Origin: a virus
Taxonomy: Duplodnaviria > Caudoviricetes
Reading direction: 5' to 3' (one strand)
Virus record (IMG/VR): IMGVR_UViG_3300017747_001659
Span: 1 to 34,324 of that record
Length of the DNA stretch: 34,324 bases
Positions 26,300 through 33,725 of this stretch are shown one piece after another. The notes beneath the pieces are model-generated. The model was given only the letters and a program-made list of their open reading frames with translations. It was not told the DNA's origin and ran no database searches. The stretch's first letter is position 1; every line of letters starts with the position of its first letter. The position numbers and the translations under genes are program-made.

Positions 26300-26578
26300 G
26301 TTGGGCGCTGGTGTTGGGGGCAAAGTGGCCGACCTACTATACGGTCGGGCGCAATGAGGCACCTAATGGTGTGCCAGCACTTATAAGTCGCCTGCTTGGC
26401 TTATGAGTGTCACCGATGGATCGGGAATCTGTGGGAATGGGGGGTCAATGCCATCCGCCTCCTGCCGCAAGGCTGAAACCACAATGCAGGGGCGCTGACG
26501 GGGCTGGCTCCGAAAGTGCATCACCCCCCGGCAACGGGGGAATTGCGCCTCCAAACAATCACCAAAAGTGCAACCAAC
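26300..26578 (+). ncRNA. candidate large structured RNA
   Basis: Intergenic. Nested long-range helices, at least 6 internal hairpins, G-U wobbles valid on the + strand and GCAA tetraloops (see findings). Confidence 0.6.
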
Positions 26579-27130
26579 ATGACTGACGATTGGGATAAGC
26601 CGACACCGATAAGATCCAAGACGATTGCTGACGTCCTGAAGGACGGTAGCAAAAGTCGGGACTATATGAACGATGAGTTTAAGAGACTGGCTGAGAGAGG
26701 CCGTCAGGCTGAGGAGGCTGTGGCTCGTTATCTGGAACGCTGCGGCTTTGAGGTTCGACTGCCTGAGAAGAAAATACGGGAGAACATAGAGGATCGTAAG
26801 CAGTTCAGTGACGAAGGCGACTTGTTCTACAAGAAGGATGACATCTGGTATCAGGTAGAGGTTAAGAGCCATGACTACAGGACAAAGCCGTTTACCTGTA
26901 TTGCGGACTTTCCGTTTAAGGATGTCCTACTGGCGCGCGAGCATCGGATGAACTTCCGCACAACGTATAAATGGGTTATGGTTTCTAGTGATTTTAGGTA
27001 TGGGGCGGTCACGCCGTTGGAGAGCGTGATCTACTGGTATAAAGCGACAAGAAACAAAAAAAACTACGGAACAACAGAAACGGATTGGTATGTGCCGGTG
27101 TCGCATACCAAAATTGTAAAACTGGTTTGA
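26579..27130 (+). CDS. PD-(D/E)XK-family nuclease-like protein
   Basis: G..AE..V..YL...GF.V, D.GDL and VEVKS motifs. Start uncertain (26579 or a later ATG). Confidence 0.65.
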   Translation: MTDDWDKPTPIRSKTIADVLKDGSKSRDYMNDEFKRLAERGRQAEEAVARYLERCGFEVRLPEKKIRENIEDRKQFSDEGDLFYKKDDIWYQVEVKSHDYRTKPFTCIADFPFKDVLLAREHRMNFRTTYKWVMVSSDFRYGAVTPLESVIYWYKATRNKKNYGTTETDWYVPVSHTKIVKLV

Positions 27131-27144
27131 TAGGAGAAACAAAA

Positions 27145-27684
27145 ATGTTAACACAACTTTATAGGCATTTTGATAAAAATGGACAGCTTCTTTATGTTGG
27201 AGTCTCCCTATCAACGGTAGTTCGGCTCTCTCAACACAGGGAATATTCAAAATGGTATGATCAAATCGCAAATGTAACAATTCAAAATTATAACACCCGT
27301 GAAGAAGCGTTAGAAGCGGAAACTCAAGCAATAAAAAATGAAAACCCAAAATACAATATTAAAAAGACAAAAATAAAAGAAAAGCTAATAGAGCAAAATA
27401 CTCGAATTATTAAGGAAAGAATTGAGGAATCAAAAAAAGATATTATGAAAAGGGCAGTTAATTTTGACATGATTTATACGGTTGAAGATTTGGAAAGAGA
27501 GTTAAGAATAAGCAAAATGATAATTAAAAAAATGATAGATGATAAAAAATTAGGAGCTATTGTATTTAGCAAAATGCGTAAAACAAGTCATGGAATGAGG
27601 GATATAAAAAAATATTACGTCACCGGCTGGCAGCTAATAGACTTCATAGAAAATTGTCAGGCAACGGGTATTTATCCTCAATAG
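27145..27684 (+). CDS. GIY-YIG endonuclease with C-terminal HTH
   Basis: LYRHFD..G.LLYVG.S...R..QH and AL.AE..AIK.E.PKYN motifs. YTVEDL...L.IS HTH. Very AT-rich; AGGAG RBS. Confidence 0.85.
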   Translation: MLTQLYRHFDKNGQLLYVGVSLSTVVRLSQHREYSKWYDQIANVTIQNYNTREEALEAETQAIKNENPKYNIKKTKIKEKLIEQNTRIIKERIEESKKDIMKRAVNFDMIYTVEDLERELRISKMIIKKMIDDKKLGAIVFSKMRKTSHGMRDIKKYYVTGWQLIDFIENCQATGIYPQ

Positions 27685-27700
27685 ACGATAGGGGACTAGA

Positions 27701-29266
27701 ATGGAGCTTAGAGATTATCAGTCGGAGGCTATTCTTAACCTCCGCGAAGCCATCGTAAGGAAAGAAAAACCTGTCCTGTCGGCACCGACCGGATCGGGCA
27801 AAACGCTTATCGCTAGTGAGATATTTTCGCTGGCTAGAGCAAAGGAAAAGCGCGTTGTATTTGTCGTGCCTTTCCTGTCTCTGATTAATCAAACATGGAA
27901 GGCGTTTGAACGCGCCGGTATTGATGGCCGCGATATGGGCGTCATACAGGGCGCGCATGAACTGACGGATTATACTAAGCCGGTTCAGATTGCTTCGGCT
28001 CAAACGCTGGAGCGTCGTCCTCTGTTGCCAAAGGCCGATATTGTCATCTTTGATGAATGCCACATCAATAGGAAAATATATCAGCGCTGGATGAATGAAG
28101 CGCCTGACGTTTATTTCATAGGTCTTTCAGCTACGCCCTGGGCCGTTGGAATGGACGCCTTGTGGACGCAGATGATTATTGTGTCTACGTTGAGTGAACT
28201 GATTCAGAAAGGCCACTTGTCTGAGTTTCGGTATTTTGCTCCCGCACAGCCGGATCTGTCCAAAGTCCGTGTTGCTCGTGGCGATTATGTTGAGGCCGAT
28301 CTTGAGCAAGTGATGAGCAATACCGATTTGATTGCGGATATTGTGAATACATGGCGAGAAAAGGCCAATGAAAGACCGACGTTTTGTTTCTGTGTAAACC
28401 GCCGCCATGCACAGGAGGTTCAGCATCAATTTATTCGGGCTGGCATTCCGGCTGGATATGTTGACGCCTATACGAAGATTGAGGAGCGGGAAGCTTTAGT
28501 CGAACAACTCCGCCGGGGCGACCTGAAAGTCATCTGCAATATTGGCACGATGACGACGGGCGTTGATGCCCCGTTTGTGTCTTGCATTATTCTGGCTAGG
28601 CCGACCAAGTCTGAAATGTTGTTCATTCAGATTGTGGGCCGTGGCTTGAGGAAGGATGAGGCGAGCGGCAAAACTGATTGCCTGATACTGGATCATTCCA
28701 ACACGGCGCTGAATCTTGGTCGCCCGGATGAGATTTATTATGAGACTTTTCGGTCGGGGAAGTCTGCGACGTCGGGAGAGAAAAATAAGAAAGAGAAAGA
28801 GGAGAAGAAGCCAAAACTTTGCCCGCACTGTAAGTTTGTGATGCTCCCGAAGGAGAAAGAGTGCCCGTCCTGTGGATTTGTCATGCCGCCTCCCGTCAGT
28901 GAAATTGAAGTAGCTGATGGGGAGCTTACAGAACTTGGGTTTGCCGGGGTCAGGGCAAAGAATAAAGCTTTGCGCGACGAAAAGCAGGCTTTCTATTCTG
29001 GGTTGCTTTGGATAGCCCGTGACAGGGGGTATAAAACCGGGTGGGCTGATAACAAATATCGGGCTAAGTTTAAGGTATGGCCGCGTGGACTGGACGGGGT
29101 TGCATCTTTCCCTGATGCTTCTGTATTTAATTTTGTGAAGGCTCAAAACATAGCTTGGGCAAAGTCCAAGAATAATCCCGGCAATTCGGCTAAGGAGGCG
29201 ATGTCTCACGAATCAGTCCGGGATAGAGTTCGCGCACTATTTTCTCATGGGAGGCACAATGGCTAG
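27701..29266 (+). CDS. superfamily 2 DNA helicase with Zn finger
   Basis: LRDYQ, PTGSGKT, DECH, SAT, TTGVD, QIVGRGLR and CPHC...CPSC motifs. Confidence 0.92.
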   Translation: MELRDYQSEAILNLREAIVRKEKPVLSAPTGSGKTLIASEIFSLARAKEKRVVFVVPFLSLINQTWKAFERAGIDGRDMGVIQGAHELTDYTKPVQIASAQTLERRPLLPKADIVIFDECHINRKIYQRWMNEAPDVYFIGLSATPWAVGMDALWTQMIIVSTLSELIQKGHLSEFRYFAPAQPDLSKVRVARGDYVEADLEQVMSNTDLIADIVNTWREKANERPTFCFCVNRRHAQEVQHQFIRAGIPAGYVDAYTKIEEREALVEQLRRGDLKVICNIGTMTTGVDAPFVSCIILARPTKSEMLFIQIVGRGLRKDEASGKTDCLILDHSNTALNLGRPDEIYYETFRSGKSATSGEKNKKEKEEKKPKLCPHCKFVMLPKEKECPSCGFVMPPPVSEIEVADGELTELGFAGVRAKNKALRDEKQAFYSGLLWIARDRGYKTGWADNKYRAKFKVWPRGLDGVASFPDASVFNFVKAQNIAWAKSKNNPGNSAKEAMSHESVRDRVRALFSHGRHNG

Positions 29267-29789
29267 GGCTGGTCGCAAGCGCAAAGAAGGGGATCGGTAT
29301 CCCGCTGGCCAAATCAAGCCTGTTGAGGAAGGCCCAGCCCCGGCTGCCATAAAGCGCCTTCGGAACGCCGCCATGATGGGGATGTGTGACCCTCAGTGGG
29401 GTAGCGTGGCGGGCCTTTGTTACCTCCAGAAGATGATTGACGACATAGAGTATGAGGCCGCCAAGCGATTCGGAGATCTTCACGCTCAATATATCGGGGT
29501 GATTGGTGGACCTCGCCCTCCCAAGACATCCACCGGAGAGCGCCCCGCCAGGGCTGCTGATGTCGATGTTGATACGGAACAAGGTGATCGGGAAGCCAAG
29601 CGCCATATATCGGTTATGACCCGATACAATGACGCCCATACCGCATTGCTTATGGTCAGTCCGGCGACTGAGGCCGATTTGATTCGGTTCTGTGCTATGC
29701 CGGGGGAATCGCCAAATGGCTACGAAGGCATGGTCCGGGTTCGGTCTGGCCTCCGGGCGCTGGCGGCTATCTGGAAAATATCCAAATAA
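29259..29789 (+). CDS. phage protein, possible late transcription regulator
   Basis: MARAGRKRK...R.P.G basic N-terminus and helical C-terminus (R.GL.ALA). Last gene of the replication operon. Function inferred from position only. Confidence 0.55.
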   Translation: MARAGRKRKEGDRYPAGQIKPVEEGPAPAAIKRLRNAAMMGMCDPQWGSVAGLCYLQKMIDDIEYEAAKRFGDLHAQYIGVIGGPRPPKTSTGERPARAADVDVDTEQGDREAKRHISVMTRYNDAHTALLMVSPATEADLIRFCAMPGESPNGYEGMVRVRSGLRALAAIWKISK

Positions 29790-29811
29790 AAAAGCCCCGC
29801 CGGAGCGGGGC
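29788..29811 (-). terminator. intrinsic terminator
   Basis: GCCCCGC-4 nt-GCGGGGC stem followed by a U-tract on the minus strand, between convergent genes. Confidence 0.8.
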
Positions 29812-29839
29812 AATTACCAAGGGAGGAAAATTTATCCTC

Positions 29840-30103
29840 TCATGCTTCTTGATATACGTCAAGATAGTAGACAGTGCAGTAATCGCCGCAGGGGTCCATA
29901 TAATCCCAATAGGGACGGCACTGGCCCTTGAGTGTAGAACGCTTGGCTTTCCAACCTTGGCGTATCGCGTCACGATATGCCTGATCGCGGGCTTCTTTGG
30001 CCGCTTCATCAGTAGAGTAGGGCGTCCAGTTACGATCAGCGCGCTGGGCTTTGTTGCCCCAAAGGCGGGAAAACGAAATCTGTCCGTGGTGCGTAATCAT
30101 CAT
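29840..30103 (-). CDS. small early protein
   Basis: Has its own promoter/operator, GAATGGAG RBS and terminator. Confidence 0.7.
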   Translation of the reverse strand: MMITHHGQISFSRLWGNKAQRADRNWTPYSTDEAAKEARDQAYRDAIRQGWKAKRSTLKGQCRPYWDYMDPCGDYCTVYYLDVYQEA

Positions 30104-30128
30104 TGCTCTCCATTCGTTGATGATGATT

Positions 30129-30157
30129 TATCATACACCTTGTAAGATAGATTGCAA
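30129..30157 (-). promoter_or_regulatory. promoter with palindromic operator
   Basis: TTGCAA-16-TATGAT on the minus strand. Operator TATCATACA-cct-TGTAAGATA at 30129-30149. Confidence 0.75.
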
Positions 30158-30207
30158 TAGGGGTGGCAAAATATTTTTTGACTAAATCCCTAACAAACTA
30201 TAAATAA

Positions 30208-30310
30208 GAGGCAGAACCATCTGGTTCTCCTTTCTAACTTATTCGCCGGTCCCTATCCCGGTGATAAGCCCCGCCAGCGTCATCTCCATTCCGCTGGTGG
30301 GGCCTTTTTA
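30208..30310 (+). ncRNA. candidate anti-Shine-Dalgarno sRNA (three hairpins, ending in an intrinsic terminator)
   Basis: Upstream TTGACT (30178) and AT-rich -10. Three stems, two with G-U pairs valid only on the + strand. CU-rich loops and U-tract at 30305-30309. Confidence 0.6.
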
Positions 30311-30511
30311 TTTACGATACTTTTCGTATGTGGCTTTGGCCTTGGCGAAGTGGCCGTTGGTTTCAGATTCGATTTCAGCTTCCGCAAACGGCTTGATTGC
30401 CTCCATAAGCTCATCGACCTTTAACTCTAACTTAGCCATTTCCCAGCGAAGTTGGGCTTCGCCAGATTTATGGGTTCGGATCGTGGTGACGTCAAAGATC
30501 GTGCGTTTCAT
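30308..30511 (-). CDS. hypothetical protein
   Basis: 67-aa ORF with L.EAIKPFA motif shared with the 32902-34324 ORFs. Confidence 0.55.
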   Translation of the reverse strand: MKRTIFDVTTIRTHKSGEAQLRWEMAKLELKVDELMEAIKPFAEAEIESETNGHFAKAKATYEKYRK

Positions 30512-30725
30512 ATTTCGATAATCTTCTGGCTAGTTCTTCGTTCTTCTGTTTCGCACGGTCAAGCTTACGATCCAGAGTCCCAATTTTATCGTATTGCTGT
30601 TGGAGGCCCATGGCGGCCCCCAGCATGATTGCTTGCGCCAATTCCAGCTTTTGCTCCTGATCTACACGGAACGTCTCAAGCTGCTTGATCAGGGGCAGGA
30701 TTTCAATTTTCGGTTTGTTTGTCAT
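30492..30725 (-). CDS. coiled-coil hypothetical protein
   Basis: ORF overlapping both neighbours. Start uncertain. Confidence 0.5.
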   Translation of the reverse strand: MTNKPKIEILPLIKQLETFRVDQEQKLELAQAIMLGAAMGLQQQYDKIGTLDRKLDRAKQKNEELARRLSKYETHDL

Positions 30726-30921
30726 TTTTAGAAGCTTTAATTTTATCGCAATGTTCTTCAAATGACGCCATCAACCGTTCAGTATATTCATCATCTGTCT
30801 CAAAACCGTTAGCTTGAGCATATAGGTTGCGTAAGCCAGTAAGTTCGTCGCGTATAAACATAAGTTCTTCAGCCATTTCACTAAAAACGGCCAACAGGGC
30901 CTCAAATTGATTCTCATTCAT
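30703..30921 (-). CDS. acidic hypothetical protein
   Basis: ATG 30921 with a GAATGGAG RBS. Confidence 0.6.
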   Translation of the reverse strand: MNENQFEALLAVFSEMAEELMFIRDELTGLRNLYAQANGFETDDEYTERLMASFEEHCDKIKASKNDKQTEN

Positions 30922-31035
30922 TTTCCGTCTCCATTCTTCCAGTCTCCCAGGCGCTACGCTACCAGCGCTGTCGGCATTCCGGCTGTTGGCCCGCGCGAGC
31001 CTAGACCTTCTCTGAGAGTGAACCACAATCACTTT

Positions 31036-31089
31036 TTTCTGAAATTTTGTCAAATACCACTTGCATCCTATCTGACAATGTGTAAGATA
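31036..31089. promoter_or_regulatory. divergent promoters with two operators
   Basis: Operators TTTCTGAAA-ttt-TGTCAAATA (31036-31056) and TATCTGACA-atg-TGTAAGATA (31069-31089). Rightward TTGCAT-16-TAAGAT; leftward TTGACA at 31053-31048. Confidence 0.75.
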
Positions 31090-31115
31090 ACACCATCAAC
31101 GAAGGGAGAACGACA

Positions 31116-31298
31116 ATGCTTTATGTGGACGATGTGATGCACATTTTGGGCATAGATAATGACTGGATTGCACGTTGCGTTCTGGCCAAAATGGATTTGG
31201 ACTTTTCAGAATGCACACATGATGAGTTTATCGCTGAGTGTAAACGTGCTGCTGCCGAATTTGTTGATGAATGCGCCAACGCAGAGCAAGGGAGCTAA
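31116..31298 (+). CDS. small acidic early protein
   Basis: GGGAG RBS, directly after the promoter. Confidence 0.65.
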   Translation: MLYVDDVMHILGIDNDWIARCVLAKMDLDFSECTHDEFIAECKRAAAEFVDECANAEQGS

Positions 31299-31301
31299 CA
31301 A

Positions 31302-31505
31302 ATGATCGAACAAATCTGCGATAAATGGGCGCGTTTTCTTGGCCTAGATTGGCATATTGATAGCCGCGCGGAGGATTATTTGGGTGACATCCCAGATCAA
31401 TTCTATGTCGAATACGAAAACGACATGGAATACTTACGCGCTAACTGCGACGATCCTTATGCTGCCGCAATAGCCGCATGGGAGCGCGCGGGGTTGGTGC
31501 CATGA
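31302..31505 (+). CDS. small acidic early protein
   Basis: GGGAG RBS, 67 aa. Confidence 0.65.
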   Translation: MIEQICDKWARFLGLDWHIDSRAEDYLGDIPDQFYVEYENDMEYLRANCDDPYAAAIAAWERAGLVP

Positions 31506-32074
31506 GAGTTCTGATCGCTTGCGAGTTTAGCGGGACGGTCAGGGATGAGTTCACACGGCGCGGTCATTATGCCGTGTCGTGTGACCTTCTTCCTTCTGAG
31601 ACACCCGGACTTCATCACCAAGGCGATGTCAGCATGATTCTGACTGACGGTTGGGATCTTATGATTGCCCATCCCCCTTGCACTTATTTGGCGTCCAGTG
31701 GTCTGCATTGGAACAAACGCAGGCCGGAGCGTGCGGCTCAGACAGAGGAAGCTTTAGATTTTGTTTTGATGCTTGCGAATGCCCCAATTGGGAAAATAGC
31801 TATTGAAAACCCGATTGGCTGCTTATCGACACGTTGGCGCAAGCCGGATCAAATTATTCAGCCTTGGATGTTTGGAGAGGACGCGAGCAAATCAACATGC
31901 CTCTGGCTTCGCGGTTTGCCAAAGCTGAACCCAACGAATGTCGTCAAGAAAGAAAGATACGCGAATCAGACGCCCAGCGGGCAGAATAAATTGGGCCCTA
32001 GCCCTGACCGCTGGAAGGAGAGATCTAAAACATATTTGGGGATTGCCAGCGCTATGGCTGAACAATGGGGCTAA
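31502..32074 (+). CDS. short DNA cytosine-C5 methyltransferase-like protein
   Basis: MRVLIACEFSG (variant motif I), AHPPCTYL (PC), IENP and K.TCLWL motifs. Confidence 0.75.
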   Translation: MRVLIACEFSGTVRDEFTRRGHYAVSCDLLPSETPGLHHQGDVSMILTDGWDLMIAHPPCTYLASSGLHWNKRRPERAAQTEEALDFVLMLANAPIGKIAIENPIGCLSTRWRKPDQIIQPWMFGEDASKSTCLWLRGLPKLNPTNVVKKERYANQTPSGQNKLGPSPDRWKERSKTYLGIASAMAEQWG

Positions 32075-32089
32075 CCCTCATTTTTCTAC

Positions 32090-32118
32090 TTGACGGTTAT
32101 CTGACAATCTGTATAATC
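32090..32118 (+). promoter_or_regulatory. promoter with palindromic operator
   Basis: TTGACG-16-TATAAT. Operator TATCTGACA-atc-TGTATAATC at 32098-32118. Confidence 0.8.
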
Positions 32119-32146
32119 AAATCATCAAAGTGAATGGAGAATCACG

Positions 32147-32413
32147 ATGAAATCTGAACTTGCTGATCGTTACGCCGCCCTGAAAATCGAACTGGAAGCC
32201 GCTCAGGCTGCTCTGGATGCCGTCAAGGCGGAGATCATTGCTACCGGCTGCGACATTCTGGAAGGCGATGACTTCCGGGTGAACGTGGGACTTCAGGAGC
32301 GCACGACCATATCGGCCAAGGAGGCTGAAAAGGTTCTTCCTCCTGAACTGTATGGCGTTCTCGCCAAGACCACGATGTTTCCGGCTGTGCGTTATAAAGC
32401 GATCCGGGCCTAA
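32147..32413 (+). CDS. hypothetical phage protein (N-terminal coiled coil)
   Basis: GAATGGAG RBS. LADRYAALK.E helix followed by a beta hairpin. Confidence 0.7.
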   Translation: MKSELADRYAALKIELEAAQAALDAVKAEIIATGCDILEGDDFRVNVGLQERTTISAKEAEKVLPPELYGVLAKTTMFPAVRYKAIRA

Positions 32414-32414
32414 A

Positions 32415-32603
32415 ATGTCCGTCGCTTGGCGCAGAAAAGAGCCGCGTCATTTAGACCGTCATTCCCAACTTACAAAGGCTGAAGCCGCTACGTTTCAGCT
32501 TATTGAGAAGGGGGTGGCGGTCGATGACATTTGTAAGATCCTCAATATCACCCGTGAGACATTACGGTTGAGGACCAGAATCATTAAGGAAAAGGTTCAG
32601 TGA
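32415..32603 (+). CDS. LuxR/sigma-region-4-like HTH protein
   Basis: LT.AE...F.L...G....DI.K.L.IT.ET pattern. Confidence 0.6.
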   Translation: MSVAWRRKEPRHLDRHSQLTKAEAATFQLIEKGVAVDDICKILNITRETLRLRTRIIKEKVQ

Positions 32604-32911
32604 GATCATCGCCTATCCCTTTCGCCATGCTTGGGCTTGGCATTATCATAGGCGCTGGCCTCACAATGGTATCGGTTCCTATCCCGTCTCAAGGGCTGAA
32701 GTGTCAAACCTATGGAGTTACCCATAAGGTGGTTACGGCTTATGTATTGAAGCCCCCTTCGGCCCCTCCCCCTGAACATATCGTTGTCAAAGAATCTTGC
32801 CCACAAATAACGGAACGGGCCGAAAATGTTAGCGAGCCGGAAATAGCTAAAGCGGATGAAAGTAAACCGCGCAAGCGTCGGCACCACAGGATTAGGAGAT
32901 ATTGGAGATGA
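32600..32911 (+). CDS. membrane-anchored hypothetical protein
   Basis: N-terminal TM, Pro-rich linker and basic tail. Confidence 0.55.
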   Translation: MRSSPIPFAMLGLGIIIGAGLTMVSVPIPSQGLKCQTYGVTHKVVTAYVLKPPSAPPPEHIVVKESCPQITERAENVSEPEIAKADESKPRKRRHHRIRRYWR

Positions 32912-33384
32912 ATGATTATGCCGACTTAATTGTCCAACTTCGCTCCGGCGAGATTGGATACGAGTTAGCTGCCGCCGACGCATTAGAGGCGCAGGCGCGA
33001 CGGATTTCGGAGTTGGGAAAGATGCTCGCCGTTCATCGTCTGGCGGTTGATGTTGACGCCTTGAAAGCCCGCATCGCGGAACTTGAAGCGGAAGTTGCTT
33101 GCAGCATTGTGAGCGGGAACGACGCGCACGAACGGGCGCTTGGGTATGTGTATGAGTTAAATGATGCTGCGGAGATGCTGGCGAACCAAGCGCGGACGCT
33201 TAAAGAGTGGCACGAGCGTATTGTGGAACTTACTGCGGCGCTGAAACCGTTTGCGGACATAGACGTTTCTGACTGCGCTGATGGCCACGTTTGCTATTTC
33301 TGGGGATTTGGCGAGAACGCTGGAAAGGTTAGCGCAGCCGAAGTCCGCGCCGCCCGCGCCGCTTATCTGGGAGAGAAGAAATGA
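32902..33384 (+). CDS. modular (ead/Ea22-like) early protein
   Basis: DY.DLI..LR, AADALEAQARRI.EL, ALKPFA and VRAARAA modules. Confidence 0.7.
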   Translation: MEMNDYADLIVQLRSGEIGYELAAADALEAQARRISELGKMLAVHRLAVDVDALKARIAELEAEVACSIVSGNDAHERALGYVYELNDAAEMLANQARTLKEWHERIVELTAALKPFADIDVSDCADGHVCYFWGFGENAGKVSAAEVRAARAAYLGEKK

Positions 33385-33498
33385 CTGACTACACCGACCT
33401 AATCGCCCGGCTGCGAGAAGATGACCCGGCCACTTGGCCGCCATGCGATGAAGCCGCCGACGCATTAGAGGCGCAGGCGCGACGGATCGCGGAGTTGG
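32971..33498 (+). repeat. direct repeat pair 32971-33016 / 33453-33498
   Basis: 35 identical nt (GCCGCCGACGCATTAGAGGCGCAGGCGCGACGGAT); 44/46 identical overall. Confidence 0.9.
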
Positions 33499-33725
33499 AA
33501 CACACAAGCAAGTGCCACGTAGAAGGTTTCATAAAGCAGTGCGAAATAGCCAATAAGCAAGCGCACCGCATCGCGGAATTTGAAGCGGCGATGAAACCGT
33601 TTTTGATGCGTGGCAATCTTTTCGACGTTTTGTTTGCTGGCTACAGCGATGATAAAATGGCTAACTGTGAATTTAGAGTTGGCGACCTCCGCGCCGTCCG
33701 CGACGCTTTAGGAGAGAAGGAATGA
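33381..33725 (+). CDS. modular (ead/Ea22-like) early protein, paralogue of upstream gene
   Basis: Same modules as the upstream gene. GGAGAG RBS; ATGA coupling. Confidence 0.7.
   Translation: MTDYTDLIARLREDDPATWPPCDEAADALEAQARRIAELEHTSKCHVEGFIKQCEIANKQAHRIAEFEAAMKPFLMRGNLFDVLFAGYSDDKMANCEFRVGDLRAVRDALGEKE

Noticed and set aside
26240-26578. Group I/II intron or tRNA interpretation of the structured region
   Set aside because: I could not identify P7/J-motifs, domain V or a cloverleaf with TTC loop, and the flanking ORFs do not look like halves of one gene.
28127-29813. Long minus-strand ORFs opposite the helicase and the following gene
   Set aside because: Antisense shadows of well-supported + strand genes, with no motifs.
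30208-30310. Minus-strand CsrB/RsmZ-like GGA-loop sponge
   Set aside because: The stems would contain A-C mismatches on the minus strand and the U-tract is on +. Kept only as a weaker alternative.
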